The position numbers and the translations under genes were made by a program. Of a stretch of 64,000 nucleotides of DNA, positions 9,849 to 19,046 are shown piece by piece (within the stretch, counting starts at the first letter, position 1; the number at the start of each line of letters is the position of its first letter). The stretch is taken from positions 3,867 through 67,866 of the forward strand of contig JAFGIU010000057.1 in assembly GCA_016929445.1 (NCBI GenBank). Direction: 5' to 3'. This DNA is from Candidatus Omnitrophota bacterium. Its GTDB lineage: Bacteria; Omnitrophota; Gorgyraeia; JAFGIU01. The notes under the pieces were generated by a model, which was not told where the DNA came from, made no database searches, and saw only the letters and a program-made list of their open reading frames with translations.

Positions 9849-11087
9849 TTAACCGTGTCCGCCCCGGAAGAGCTTGATCATGTTCCACATGGGCAGGAAG
9901 ATCGCGAGAGCCATTCCGAGCACCACGGTGCCGAGAACAGCGGTCATGAGGGGTTCTATCAGGGTGGTGAGGTTCTTAATCATGGACTTGATTTCCAGAT
10001 CATAGTATTCGGCCACAGAATGCAACATCTCGTCCAGTTCGCCTGTTTTCTCCCCAATGGAGATCATATGCCCCACCAAGGGAGGGAACGTCTTGCACTT
10101 AAGTACTGTGTCTGAAATCCCGCGTCCGTCTGCCACGGCCTGCCGGATTTTGGAGACTTCCTTTCCCACAACCACATTGCCGACCGTGCGGCTGACAATG
10201 TCAAAGGATTGCAGGATCGGCAGACCCGCGTGGTTGAGGGTCATCAGCATCATCGAAAAACGGGACATAGCGACCTTCTGAAAAAGCTGCCCAAAGACCG
10301 GTATCTTTAAGGAAAGAGAATCAAAATGCCAGGTACCGATCTTGGTCTTGGCATAAAATCGAATGGCAAAGAAGGCCCCTACCATGGCCGGCAAAACAAT
10401 GAACCAATAATTGGTTATCGCAAAATTCGCCCAAATAAGGACCTGAGTCGGTAAGGGTAAATCCGATTCGAACCGTGCATACATGGATGAGAATTTGGGA
10501 ACAACAAAGGTGACCAGCACAAACATAGCCACGCCCAAGGCCACCAAAGTCAGAATCGGGTATTGCATGGCTTGCTTTACGTTCTGCCGCGTCTCATTAT
10601 CCCGCTCAAGCATGTCGGACAGCTTCAGCAACACGCTTTCCAGCACACCACCCGATTCACCGGCCGCAATCGTGTTGATATAAATTTCGGAAAACACAGA
10701 TGGATGCTTCTTGATTGCATCCGACAGGTTGGTGCCGCTTTCAATATCTACGATGGCCTCTTTGAGCACCCGTTTAAGCCCGTCGCTCTCGGTTTGCTGG
10801 GCCAGAATACCCAGGCCTTGCACAATGGGCACACCCGCCTTGATGATGGTGGCGAATTGGCGTGTAAAGGCAATGAGATGCATCGCTTTGACCTTGGGGG
10901 GGCCAAAACTGATATTCATGTCACCCGAGAACTTGCTGGGGCCGCCTCCTTTGCTCAAGGTAATGGAGATCGGCGTGTACCCCATCTCATCCAAACGCGT
11001 TGAGACAGCGGTCTCGTCTCCGGCAGTTAGAGTGCCTTTGACAATCCTTCCCTCAGAGTCTGTGGCTTTGTAGCTATAGGCAGGCAT
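9849..11087 (-). CDS. pilC: Type IV pilus platform protein PilC (GspF family).
   Basis: A 412-aa protein with the two-repeat GspF architecture. It starts MPAYSYKATDSEGRIVKG and ends in a membrane-helix region (LIEPLMTAVLGTVVLGMALAIFLPMWNM). Confidence 0.9.
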   Translation of the reverse strand: MPAYSYKATDSEGRIVKGTLTAGDETAVSTRLDEMGYTPISITLSKGGGPSKFSGDMNISFGPPKVKAMHLIAFTRQFATIIKAGVPIVQGLGILAQQTESDGLKRVLKEAIVDIESGTNLSDAIKKHPSVFSEIYINTIAAGESGGVLESVLLKLSDMLERDNETRQNVKQAMQYPILTLVALGVAMFVLVTFVVPKFSSMYARFESDLPLPTQVLIWANFAITNYWFIVLPAMVGAFFAIRFYAKTKIGTWHFDSLSLKIPVFGQLFQKVAMSRFSMMLMTLNHAGLPILQSFDIVSRTVGNVVVGKEVSKIRQAVADGRGISDTVLKCKTFPPLVGHMISIGEKTGELDEMLHSVAEYYDLEIKSMIKNLTTLIEPLMTAVLGTVVLGMALAIFLPMWNMIKLFRGGHG

Positions 11088-11109
11088 GACAAATGGAACT
11101 GCTGGTGAA

Positions 11110-12339
11110 TCAGCCCTTCTGGCTATTGATGATGTCCTGGATCCAAGACCTCACAAGCTCGGCATCTTTGGCATTCGGGGCCAACTCCAGGTACTTCATG
11201 TAGTGGTTTAACGCCTCTTGGGGGGACTTCCCATACTCCTCCAAGAGCACTCCCAGATTATAGTGGGCTTGGGCATCTTGAGGATTGAGCGAGAGTACCT
11301 GGCGGTATGCGGCGATGGCAGGCTTATACTTACCGGCTCTCGCATGCTCTACGGCCAAGTCCGCCACAAGATTGGGGTTCTGCGGATCCAACTCAATTGC
11401 GGCACGGAAATTTTCGATAGCCTGGGGATACTTCCCCTCAGCTCCAAAATGCAACGCAAGACGGTGCCGAAGCTGAACCTCTCGATGAACCAGTTCTTGC
11501 TCCTGCGCCAAGAGCGCAAGCTGTTCCTGACCGTAGACCTTGAGACGGCCCTCGGAATCGGCAATACGGGCCTTTTCAGCTTGCCTGAGTTCTTCAGCCC
11601 TTTGAACACTGCGGCCAAAATGCAATACTTCGCGCTCAATCTTCACATACTCGGCAGGAATCTGGGCCTTCTGTGCCTCCAACTGGCTGCGCTCTCTCTG
11701 ATACGCCGCCTCGAGCTGGTCAATCTGCTTCTGTACTTCCTCGCTGAATTTTTCTTCGCTGATCTCGCCTTGGGGCAGAGTATAAACCTGACTCCGGAGC
11801 TCAGCCAGCTTGGCCTGGGCGTCGCGGGCCTTCTGCGCCGACATCCAATAGTCACGCTGCGCCTTGGAGACCTCTGTCTTAATTGCACCCCGCTGCTTAT
11901 CGATAAATTTACGGTTTGTTACGACCTCATTGAGCAAGGACTGCAGCAGCTCCATTTCCGAAGGAGCGCGTTTCGCAATCTCAGACGGTGCGTCAGTGGA
12001 CCGGACCGGAGAAAAGTCTTGAAGCGGCGCCGCAGTCTGTTCTCTTTCCGCCACCTGCCTTTCCGGGACGGCAATCGCAGCATTCTGGGTTGGGATTTGC
12101 GGCGCGGGAATGCTTTCAACGAAACTGACAGGAACACCCTGCAACACTTCATCGTTCAAACCCTTTGCAATCGCCTGTTTGTAAAGCTGCAAGGCCTCTT
12201 GAAAACGGCCTTCCTGGTACAGACTGCGCCCTTCTTCGTAAAGCGACTGAACCTCTGAGTTCCCGGCTAGGGCCACGGGAGCTCCCAGAACTGCACTCAA
12301 GGTCAGACTGATTAGAAGTCTACTCCAACCGTTTTGCAT
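11110..12339 (-). CDS. Secreted TPR-repeat protein with a central coiled-coil region. Candidate PilF/Tgl-like T4P accessory protein.
   Basis: Signal peptide MQNGWSRLLISLTLSAVLGAPVALAG. TPR-like segments at both ends (YEEGRSLYQEGRFQEALQLYKQAI; AIENFRAAIELDPQNP...AQAHYNLGVLL). It lies between pilQ and pilC. Confidence 0.65.
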   Translation of the reverse strand: MQNGWSRLLISLTLSAVLGAPVALAGNSEVQSLYEEGRSLYQEGRFQEALQLYKQAIAKGLNDEVLQGVPVSFVESIPAPQIPTQNAAIAVPERQVAEREQTAAPLQDFSPVRSTDAPSEIAKRAPSEMELLQSLLNEVVTNRKFIDKQRGAIKTEVSKAQRDYWMSAQKARDAQAKLAELRSQVYTLPQGEISEEKFSEEVQKQIDQLEAAYQRERSQLEAQKAQIPAEYVKIEREVLHFGRSVQRAEELRQAEKARIADSEGRLKVYGQEQLALLAQEQELVHREVQLRHRLALHFGAEGKYPQAIENFRAAIELDPQNPNLVADLAVEHARAGKYKPAIAAYRQVLSLNPQDAQAHYNLGVLLEEYGKSPQEALNHYMKYLELAPNAKDAELVRSWIQDIINSQKG

Positions 12340-13765
12340 CCCTCTGTGCCTCCTCTTCCTGAACGCTCAGCATCCACTCCAGCTCTTGCCCTAGAACTTC
12401 CGCGCGCTTTTGCGTTGCAGTATTTGTATCGGAAAGCGAACGGATCTCCTCGATCGCCCGCAATGCCTGGGACAATTCCACCAACTTTGCCTGCATCCCT
12501 TCGCTAACCTCAGCCGCTTGGACCAGCTGGGTTGAGGCTCGGCTCTGCACCGTGCGCGCCAAGGCCAGATCGGAGCTCATCTCCTCCTGTTGCCCTTCCA
12601 GCAGCACCACCCGGCCGCGCAAAATCCGGTTCTGCTCGGCTGTATTATCTAGAGAAAAGGCCAAGTCCGATATGGTCTGCCGGCTCTCGTCCAAAATACC
12701 CTGTGTTTCCGCAAGCCGCCCGCTAAGCTCAGCCTGCTGAAGTTGCTTGGCTTCAATCGCCTGTTCCAAGGCCGCGATCTCATCGGACTGGCGGACAATG
12801 ATCTTCTCCTTATTGACCAAAGCACGGCCCAAGTCATCGGCATCGTCCAAAGCCACGGTGTACATCCCCTCCACCTCTCCCATATGCCCCCGGATGTCGT
12901 TGACCTCCTGCTCCAGCTTGCTCTTGGAATCCTTCACGCGAGCCACCTGTTCGCGGAGCGCAGTCTCTTCCCGGCTCAAGGCCTCCAGATCCTCTGCTAA
13001 CGCGGCCAAGCGTTCTTCTTTTGCCCGCAAGGCATTGGTGAGATTGCCGATTTCCGATGTGAGGCCCTGGTTAACTTCCAACTGCTGGCTCAAGCGCTTG
13101 GAAGCGGTTCGCAAGAGGCCTTCGAGGGAGGCCTTACTCTCTTCGGCCTTGGCCAACTGCAACTCCAACTCCAAAATCCGGGCCTCGGCCCTGTCCGTCC
13201 CTTTCTTGCGATTCCCCTTTCTTGAGCTGTAACTCGCGACTTTGTCATTGAGACTTTCGTTAATGCGGGTGAGATTCTCCACATTTTCTGCAGCCTGGGA
13301 CATTTGCGCATCCAGTGCGGCAATCCGGGATTTGAGGTCCTTGTTCTCGCCCACAATGGCAGACAAAAATTTGGCGTCCTCAGACTGTTTAACATGAATA
13401 CGAATTTCTTCGAGATTTCTCTGGAGGGTGTTCACTTGGATCTCGGCCTGGGCAAGTTGAGACTCCAAATCCTGGTTGATGGCCTGCTGGATCTGAATTC
13501 CCTCATTGAGCTCATTGACTTGCGCCGTCAAACCCCGCCTGTCTTCCTCAGTGGACTTAAGCCGGACGTTCAGCGTATTGACATGGTTTAAGAGACCCTG
13601 AACCTGAGGCTGAATGCGATTCATGGCCCTAAGTTCAGCTGTCTGCTCCATGCGGTCTGCCGTGACCTTCCACAGAATTAATACAGCCACCAGGGCAACC
13701 GGCGCGATAAAAGCAAACACTCTAGAGACCCGGTCTCTTGCAGCGTCACCAAACCTAAGCTTCAC
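12320..13765 (-). CDS. Membrane-anchored long coiled-coil protein (N-terminal TM helix, then about 440 aa of heptad-rich sequence).
   Basis: GTG 13765 is preceded by GGAGGGG, which spans the pilQ stop. Hydrophobic anchor VFAFIAPVALVAVLILW. Composition rich in E, L, Q, A, R. Its last 20 nt overlap the TPR gene's start. Confidence 0.6.
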   Translation of the reverse strand: MKLRFGDAARDRVSRVFAFIAPVALVAVLILWKVTADRMEQTAELRAMNRIQPQVQGLLNHVNTLNVRLKSTEEDRRGLTAQVNELNEGIQIQQAINQDLESQLAQAEIQVNTLQRNLEEIRIHVKQSEDAKFLSAIVGENKDLKSRIAALDAQMSQAAENVENLTRINESLNDKVASYSSRKGNRKKGTDRAEARILELELQLAKAEESKASLEGLLRTASKRLSQQLEVNQGLTSEIGNLTNALRAKEERLAALAEDLEALSREETALREQVARVKDSKSKLEQEVNDIRGHMGEVEGMYTVALDDADDLGRALVNKEKIIVRQSDEIAALEQAIEAKQLQQAELSGRLAETQGILDESRQTISDLAFSLDNTAEQNRILRGRVVLLEGQQEEMSSDLALARTVQSRASTQLVQAAEVSEGMQAKLVELSQALRAIEEIRSLSDTNTATQKRAEVLGQELEWMLSVQEEEAQRDAKRLE

Positions 13766-13774
13766 AAACCCCTC

Positions 13775-15397
13775 CTATTCCTGGCCTCCAGCACCCCGGT
13801 GGTTCAATTTCAACGGCTTTTTGCTCTTGCCCGCAGATTCTTTCACAGGAGTCTCCACGGCCGCAGCCACCTCGGCAACTTCGGCCGTCTCCACCGGATC
13901 AACCAGAGGATCCGCAAAGAAACTGGGTTTGTCCACACGACTTATTGCATGCCGGGCGCTCCGGTCCACCATATCATCGTTCATGATATGGCCGGTGATA
14001 AACACCAAGAGATCCGTCTGGGTAAGGTCGTCCGTCTTTTGTTTAAAGAGGTAACCCAGTAGCGGGATATCTCCGAGCACCGGGACTTTGGTGCTCCCTT
14101 CCGTATTGACTTCTTCCAGCAAGCCGCCGATCACAACCGTATGCCCGTCCGGAACCCGCACGCTGGTATTGGCCGTTCGGGTAGAAACCACCGGCACTTC
14201 GAATTCAGAAGTAAAACGCAGGATGCTGCTGACTTCCGGAACGATATCCATGGTGATGTAATTGTCATGACTCACGTGCGGTGTGACCGTCAGGGTGATT
14301 CCCACTTCCTCTTTGTCAAAACCGGTGATTTCAAAACTACCCGTGTTTTCATTGCGCTCAAAGGTCGGGACCGGCGTGCGCGTTCCCACCACAATACGCG
14401 CTTCCTGGTTGTCCAGGGTTGTCACGCGCGGATTGGAGAGGGTTCGTGTCTCGCTGTTGCTGTAAAGGATCTGCAGTGCGGCTTGAAAAGCCGAAAAATC
14501 CAAGGTGCCGAAAACAAAGTCCGTGATCGCGGCCGCGGGAAACTGGGCGAACTGCAAAGTGTCGTTACCCAGAATAACCCCTTTGAGACCAAAGTCCGTG
14601 GCAATGGTGGTCTGGAACTGGTCCACGCCGTTGACTTCGACAACTTCCTGGGAGATCTCCCGCTCGTTCTGCGGGTATATGTCCTTGTCGCTACCCCAAT
14701 TTTTCCAGGGCGCTGTCGTGGGTCTGGAGGCCCCTCTGGCAGAAGCCTGCATATTCCAGTTGATTCCCAAAGCCTGGTTGTCGCCAAGCACTGTTTCAAT
14801 GATGCGTGATTCGATCAATACTTGCGGAGTCTGGTAATCCAGGTCATTAATCAGCTCTCCCACACTCTCCACCGCAGCCGCCGTATCGGTCACAATAATG
14901 GAGCGCGAACGCTCGTCCACCTGGATGGACCCCGTGGCCGTCAGCACGGGCTGCAATGCAGCCTGCAGGGTCGCCACACTGGCATTATTCACGGTAAATA
15001 CGCGGGTTACAGGAGGCTCGCGTTCCGCCGCTTCCGGAGTCGTGACCTTGATTACATTGCCGCGCCGGGTATAGGCATAGCCGTTGACGGTAATCACCGC
15101 ATCAATGGCCTCGTCCACAGTCACCTCTGAAAACTGCACAGTGATCGGGCCGCGCACCTCTTCGGAAAGAATAATATTCATGTCATGCTGCTTGGCCAGC
15201 AAACGCAGGACATCCCCAATTTCCGTATCCCGAAAATCCATCGTAATCAGAGACATCTGTTTGTGGCTCGAAGGGGGAGGAGTTCCCGGCGATTCCTGCG
15301 CCAAACCCAGAGAAGTCCCGCTCACAATTCCAAGCGTCAAAAGCAGAGCGGCCACAGAGGCCCTTCTGTAAAACTGACTGAGGTGTCGAATCGCCAT
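13775..15397 (-). CDS. pilQ: Type IV pilus secretin PilQ.
   Basis: C-terminal secretin motif VVIGGLLEEVNTEGSTKVPVLGDIPLLGYLFKQKTDDLTQTDLLVFITGHI. Signal peptide at the N-terminus. Sits in the pilMNOPQ order. Confidence 0.85.
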   Translation of the reverse strand: MAIRHLSQFYRRASVAALLLTLGIVSGTSLGLAQESPGTPPPSSHKQMSLITMDFRDTEIGDVLRLLAKQHDMNIILSEEVRGPITVQFSEVTVDEAIDAVITVNGYAYTRRGNVIKVTTPEAAEREPPVTRVFTVNNASVATLQAALQPVLTATGSIQVDERSRSIIVTDTAAAVESVGELINDLDYQTPQVLIESRIIETVLGDNQALGINWNMQASARGASRPTTAPWKNWGSDKDIYPQNEREISQEVVEVNGVDQFQTTIATDFGLKGVILGNDTLQFAQFPAAAITDFVFGTLDFSAFQAALQILYSNSETRTLSNPRVTTLDNQEARIVVGTRTPVPTFERNENTGSFEITGFDKEEVGITLTVTPHVSHDNYITMDIVPEVSSILRFTSEFEVPVVSTRTANTSVRVPDGHTVVIGGLLEEVNTEGSTKVPVLGDIPLLGYLFKQKTDDLTQTDLLVFITGHIMNDDMVDRSARHAISRVDKPSFFADPLVDPVETAEVAEVAAAVETPVKESAGKSKKPLKLNHRGAGGQE

Positions 15398-15400
15398 GGC

Positions 15401-15904
15401 CTATTCCCCTTCCTGAAGAGACAGAATGTAGCGGCGCCCCTCTCGCTCAAGGAGAACGCGCCTTGCCTCAATTTCGACAATGATATTTCTCTCGTACATA
15501 TCGCCGGTTTGGAGGATCTCTCCGTTCACAATAGCGTAGGATTTCCCATCCGGCCGCCAGGAAATTCCCTGCAAGTCCAGAGACGTCTCCCGCGCACTCA
15601 AAATAATTTCCTGCATAAAGAAAGGATCCCTGCCCCACGGCCGCTCCAGGCTGGCCAACTGTAAACGTCGCGACTCTTCATCAAAAGCTCCCATGGTAAC
15701 CACCGGTCTGGAGCCGCGTTCCGGAACAAATGCCGGGGTTTCGGCGTGTGGCTCAGACGCAGGCTCTTCAACATGGGCCTCACCGCCCCCGCCCTTGTGG
15801 CGGTTCTTGACCTTGAAAATGCTGTTCACAAAGGCAAAGAGCATAACCACGCAGAGAACCCCGATCATGATCAGTTGTTTTTTGCTCTTCTCATCAAGAG
15901 CCAT
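15401..15904 (-). CDS. pilP: PilP-like pilus assembly lipoprotein/inner-membrane protein.
   Basis: TM helix followed by a conserved RDPF motif and a C-terminal beta domain. Its position lies between pilO and pilQ. The start overlaps the pilO stop by 1 nt (TAATG). Confidence 0.6.
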   Translation of the reverse strand: MALDEKSKKQLIMIGVLCVVMLFAFVNSIFKVKNRHKGGGGEAHVEEPASEPHAETPAFVPERGSRPVVTMGAFDEESRRLQLASLERPWGRDPFFMQEIILSARETSLDLQGISWRPDGKSYAIVNGEILQTGDMYERNIIVEIEARRVLLEREGRRYILSLQEGE

Positions 15905-16482
15905 TAGCTGCTTCTCCCGGCAGTGAGCACATAACTGCTCACAATCAAATTCGCCTGAATCAGGCCTGCGGGGATATCCTTATTTGTTTCCAAGGTCATA
16001 TCCTCAATAGTGCACAAGAGGGTCAGGCCTCCGAGCTCCTCTATATACCGGCCCAGGGACTGGTAATCCGTTTGCAGCTGGACTTCAACATAAATTCGGT
16101 AGACACCTTGAGGAGCAGCCCCCTTCACGTTTTCAAAATCATCGCGGGGCCGGATAAAGGCAACCTCAATTTCCAATTCCTCGCTTTTGGAAGCCAGCTG
16201 CTGGATCAAACGCGGAATATCCATTGTCGCGGGGGCCATCTGCTCCAAACGCAAAGTCTCTTCGTTTATCCTTGCAATCGCACCGACCGGATCCGGGGCC
16301 CTCAAAATCATCCCTTCGTACTCCACCATTTGGTCGTGCAAAGGCTGTAATTGCTCCTTGAGCTTGGCCGTCTGCCGGATTTGGCCCTTGTACGGCCCGA
16401 TATAGAAGCCCACCAGAAACACAAGGAACCCGACGAGCCCCAAGAAAAGCATTTTGTTCTGCTGAATCAATGATTTAATCAT
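15904..16482 (-). CDS. pilO: PilO-like bitopic pilus assembly protein.
   Basis: N-terminal TM helix (LFLGLVGFLVFLVGFYIG), a coiled coil, then a ferredoxin-like periplasmic domain. Positioned after pilMN. Confidence 0.6.
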   Translation of the reverse strand: MIKSLIQQNKMLFLGLVGFLVFLVGFYIGPYKGQIRQTAKLKEQLQPLHDQMVEYEGMILRAPDPVGAIARINEETLRLEQMAPATMDIPRLIQQLASKSEELEIEVAFIRPRDDFENVKGAAPQGVYRIYVEVQLQTDYQSLGRYIEELGGLTLLCTIEDMTLETNKDIPAGLIQANLIVSSYVLTAGRSS

Positions 16483-16485
16483 GGA

Positions 16486-18498
16486 TTAGTACACCAACTG
16501 ACACGACACCTTGAACTCAGCACGCGGCGTCGGTGAGTACGGATCGCGGTCCGTGGAAACTAACTGCACCCTTTCGAAAAACGGGGATTCATCCAGCGCA
16601 ATCAAATACTGCGAGAGAGCCACATCCAGAGAGGTGTAGGTTTGGGCCACCAGCCCCTGCAACAGAAGCTGCTGAGGTTGTTCCTGCTCCATGACCTCAA
16701 TCTTTTTCAGCACAATATTGTCGCTTGTGATGTGGCTAAGCTCCTTCAAGACTCCGTGCCAAAGGGGTTGGCGTCCCACGGCCTTGTCCAGCAACCCTTT
16801 ACGTTTCTCATAATTCGCCTTTTTCTGATCCAGAATCTGAATCTGGGAAACCGTGACCTCCATCTGTTCCAGACCGGATTCCGCATTGGTAATGAGTCTC
16901 TTGTAGTTGGCCACTTGCGCAGAAACACCCAGGTACATAAAACCAGCGGCAAGCGCAAAAAGAGGAATGAGTAGTTTTAAACCGAGCTTAAGACTGGCCA
17001 GCCGGTATTTCAGAGCCAGCTCCGGCGGAGCCAGATTGAACTTCTGGCGCTTAGGACGCACCACAAGCCCCAGGGCCACGGCCAGATCCGGGGAAGCCGC
17101 CTTCAGACGTTTCCAATCGTAATTATCTGCGTCAACCCACTCCCCGACCAGCTGGAGGGAATTGAGCTCGGAAACCTGGACCTCGGGCAAATTCTTGCTG
17201 AGGTATTCCAGGAAGCCCTTCATGCGCGATGCTCCGCCGCAAATGAGCAAACGGTCTATCTTTGTAATCTTGAAGGTCTGCTTGTAGTAGTTGAGTGAGC
17301 GCTGAATTTCAGTACGCAGGCGCTCCAGCACCGGCCGGACCATGCCGGCAATCCCCCACCCCGTCAGACCCCCGAACTCGGCCTCGTGTTGGTCCGGTCC
17401 GGGAATCCCCACTTCCTTTTTAACTTGCTCTGATTCTTCGAAACTGACATCCCGCTTGCCGGACGCGGTCGTAACTGTGCGCATCATGGATTGGGTCAAC
17501 TGATCCCCGCCCATGGGAAGTTCCCGGAAGAACTGCAAACGGCCATGGGCAAAACAACTGAGGGCCGACCGCTTGGCCCCCAAATCCAACACGCCCACCA
17601 CCTCGTCTTCCCGGATCAAATTGGCCTGGGTCACCAAATTCTCCAAGGCAAAAGGAAGCACGTTGATTTGTGCGGGGTGCAAACCCACCTCTTCCATAAT
17701 GGCGACCGCATCGTCAATGTGATCCCGCTGCGAAGCCACAGTCAGAACCTGGAGCTTGCCCTTTTCCGGCGAGTCGGTCCCGGCCACATAGAAAAAATTA
17801 TTCGGATCCACGGAAAAGGCCGCTTGCTTTTTAGCCTCCATAATGAGCGCGCCCTTGAGGTCCTTGCCCGAAAGCTTGGGAACCAGCACAGAGGAAATGC
17901 TCACGGAATCCCCGCTGCAAAGCCACATGCCGTGAGCCACCACCCCCGGCTCCGGAACCACAAGCCCGCGCAGGTACTCAATCAAGTACTCGCGGCGCCT
18001 GTCACGCTTGGCGCAAACCGCCGGCGGAAGTTCTTGGTGCCAAAAATCCGCGAGCTGAAAGCCGGAAGCCACTTGGCGGACTTTGACCACCTTGACACTG
18101 CTGTCTCCCAAATCAATTCCGTAAATAATCTTCTTGGGGGAAAATTTCTCGGTGAGTTTGTGAACAAAAGAACGCGGAGGCTCCTCACTCAAAGAAGCAT
18201 CAATAAGTGTGGGCGCTTCCACTTCCGTGGCCCGGCCTGTAGTTGGGGCATTCTGGGCTGAGGCCCCGGGCGGCACAGACTCCTTGGGAGGCACTGAATT
18301 CTCTTCTCCTGCTGAAGGCGGCCACGAGGGGGCAGAAGACTTTTCTTCAGGTTGGGAACCTGAAGGAGGCGGAGGCCAGGCAGCAGGCTTGGGATCTTGA
18401 GGCTGCTCCGGAGACTTGCCTGCGTCTCCTTCTTCTCCTGGCTTCTTCTTTATGTAACCGGCGAATTCGTCAGGAATTTCTGAAGGGTCGACGACCAC
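16486..18498 (-). CDS. pilM: PilM-PilN fusion (actin-like ATPase PilM joined to a PilN-like TM/coiled-coil domain) with a roughly 120-aa Pro/Glu/Ser-rich N-terminal extension.
   Basis: PilM core KKIIYGIDLGDSSVKVVKV...GGASRMKGFLEYL. PilN-like C-terminal part FNLAPPELALKYRLASLKLGLKLLIPLFALAAG. GTG start at 18498; no internal ATG precedes the PilM core. Confidence 0.7.
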   Translation of the reverse strand: MVVDPSEIPDEFAGYIKKKPGEEGDAGKSPEQPQDPKPAAWPPPPSGSQPEEKSSAPSWPPSAGEENSVPPKESVPPGASAQNAPTTGRATEVEAPTLIDASLSEEPPRSFVHKLTEKFSPKKIIYGIDLGDSSVKVVKVRQVASGFQLADFWHQELPPAVCAKRDRRREYLIEYLRGLVVPEPGVVAHGMWLCSGDSVSISSVLVPKLSGKDLKGALIMEAKKQAAFSVDPNNFFYVAGTDSPEKGKLQVLTVASQRDHIDDAVAIMEEVGLHPAQINVLPFALENLVTQANLIREDEVVGVLDLGAKRSALSCFAHGRLQFFRELPMGGDQLTQSMMRTVTTASGKRDVSFEESEQVKKEVGIPGPDQHEAEFGGLTGWGIAGMVRPVLERLRTEIQRSLNYYKQTFKITKIDRLLICGGASRMKGFLEYLSKNLPEVQVSELNSLQLVGEWVDADNYDWKRLKAASPDLAVALGLVVRPKRQKFNLAPPELALKYRLASLKLGLKLLIPLFALAAGFMYLGVSAQVANYKRLITNAESGLEQMEVTVSQIQILDQKKANYEKRKGLLDKAVGRQPLWHGVLKELSHITSDNIVLKKIEVMEQEQPQQLLLQGLVAQTYTSLDVALSQYLIALDESPFFERVQLVSTDRDPYSPTPRAEFKVSCQLVY

Positions 18499-18567
18499 AG
18501 CTCAGCCCTCAAGGAAACAGGATTTCATTTTGAAGAATCTACAATTTAATTCAAATGCCCAGTGAGA

Positions 18568-18596
18568 ATTCTAACATTTATCAAAAAATTAGTCAA
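18568..18596 (-). promoter_or_regulatory. Sigma70-like promoter (TTGACT, 17-nt spacer, TAGAAT) for the pilMN-O-P-Q-...-pilC operon.
   Basis: The reverse complement of 18568-18596 reads ttgact aattttttgataaatgt tagaat. It lies in a roughly 150-nt AT-rich island about 70 nt upstream of the pilM start. Confidence 0.4.
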
Positions 18597-18653
18597 TCCT
18601 ATACACAATAGTACGCAACTTTTCTTATCTTTGCGAGGTATTTTCTTCCCGGC

Positions 18654-18956
18654 TCATTTTTGGCTCGCCCGGATCCGGATCACCCCCAACTCCTGGAGAA
18701 TCTGTTCCTGGTTCTTGAGCACCTGGGCCATCTGATTTGAGAGTGCCTCCAAACGTCCCGTGGAATCGCCGCTGTCACCGGCCCCCTTTATCCCGAATTT
18801 GCGTATGCGGGACACATCACCGGAGATCTCCTCGAGCTTCTTCATGATCTCCGAAATGGTGGCTTGAGGGACCGTGGTGGAACCGGCTTGAACAGGGGTG
18901 GAAACGGCTAGAAAAAGTAGCGAGAAAATAACTACGGCTCTAACAGCATGTTGCAT
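18654..18956 (-). CDS. Small secreted protein of about 100 aa (signal peptide plus coiled region); hypothetical.
   Basis: ATG 18956 is preceded by GGAGAGGG. Signal peptide MQHAVRAVVIFSLLFLAVSTPVQA. Confidence 0.45.
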   Translation of the reverse strand: MQHAVRAVVIFSLLFLAVSTPVQAGSTTVPQATISEIMKKLEEISGDVSRIRKFGIKGAGDSGDSTGRLEALSNQMAQVLKNQEQILQELGVIRIRASQK

Positions 18957-18970
18957 GACCCTCTCCTAAC

Positions 18971-19046
18971 TGTCATCCCCGCGCAGGCGGGGATCTATTT
19001 GGATGACTGAAACGACTAGATTCCCGCTTCCGCGGGAATGACACGC
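18971..19046. repeat. Family-A-like tandem palindromes, GTCATCC(CCGCGCAGGCGGGG)...GGATGAC and ATTCCCGC-TTCC-GCGGGAAT, immediately 3' of the stop of gene 19047..22718.
   Basis: Inverted repeats read directly; see the repeat-family finding. Confidence 0.4.

Noticed and set aside
19019-19040. ATTCCCGC-TTCC-GCGGGAAT palindrome resembling neisserial dRS3-type repeats.
   Set aside because: The resemblance is limited to a short GC palindrome. Genome composition and context (high GC, non-neisserial gene content) argue against homology. I treat it as part of the local family-A-like repeat.
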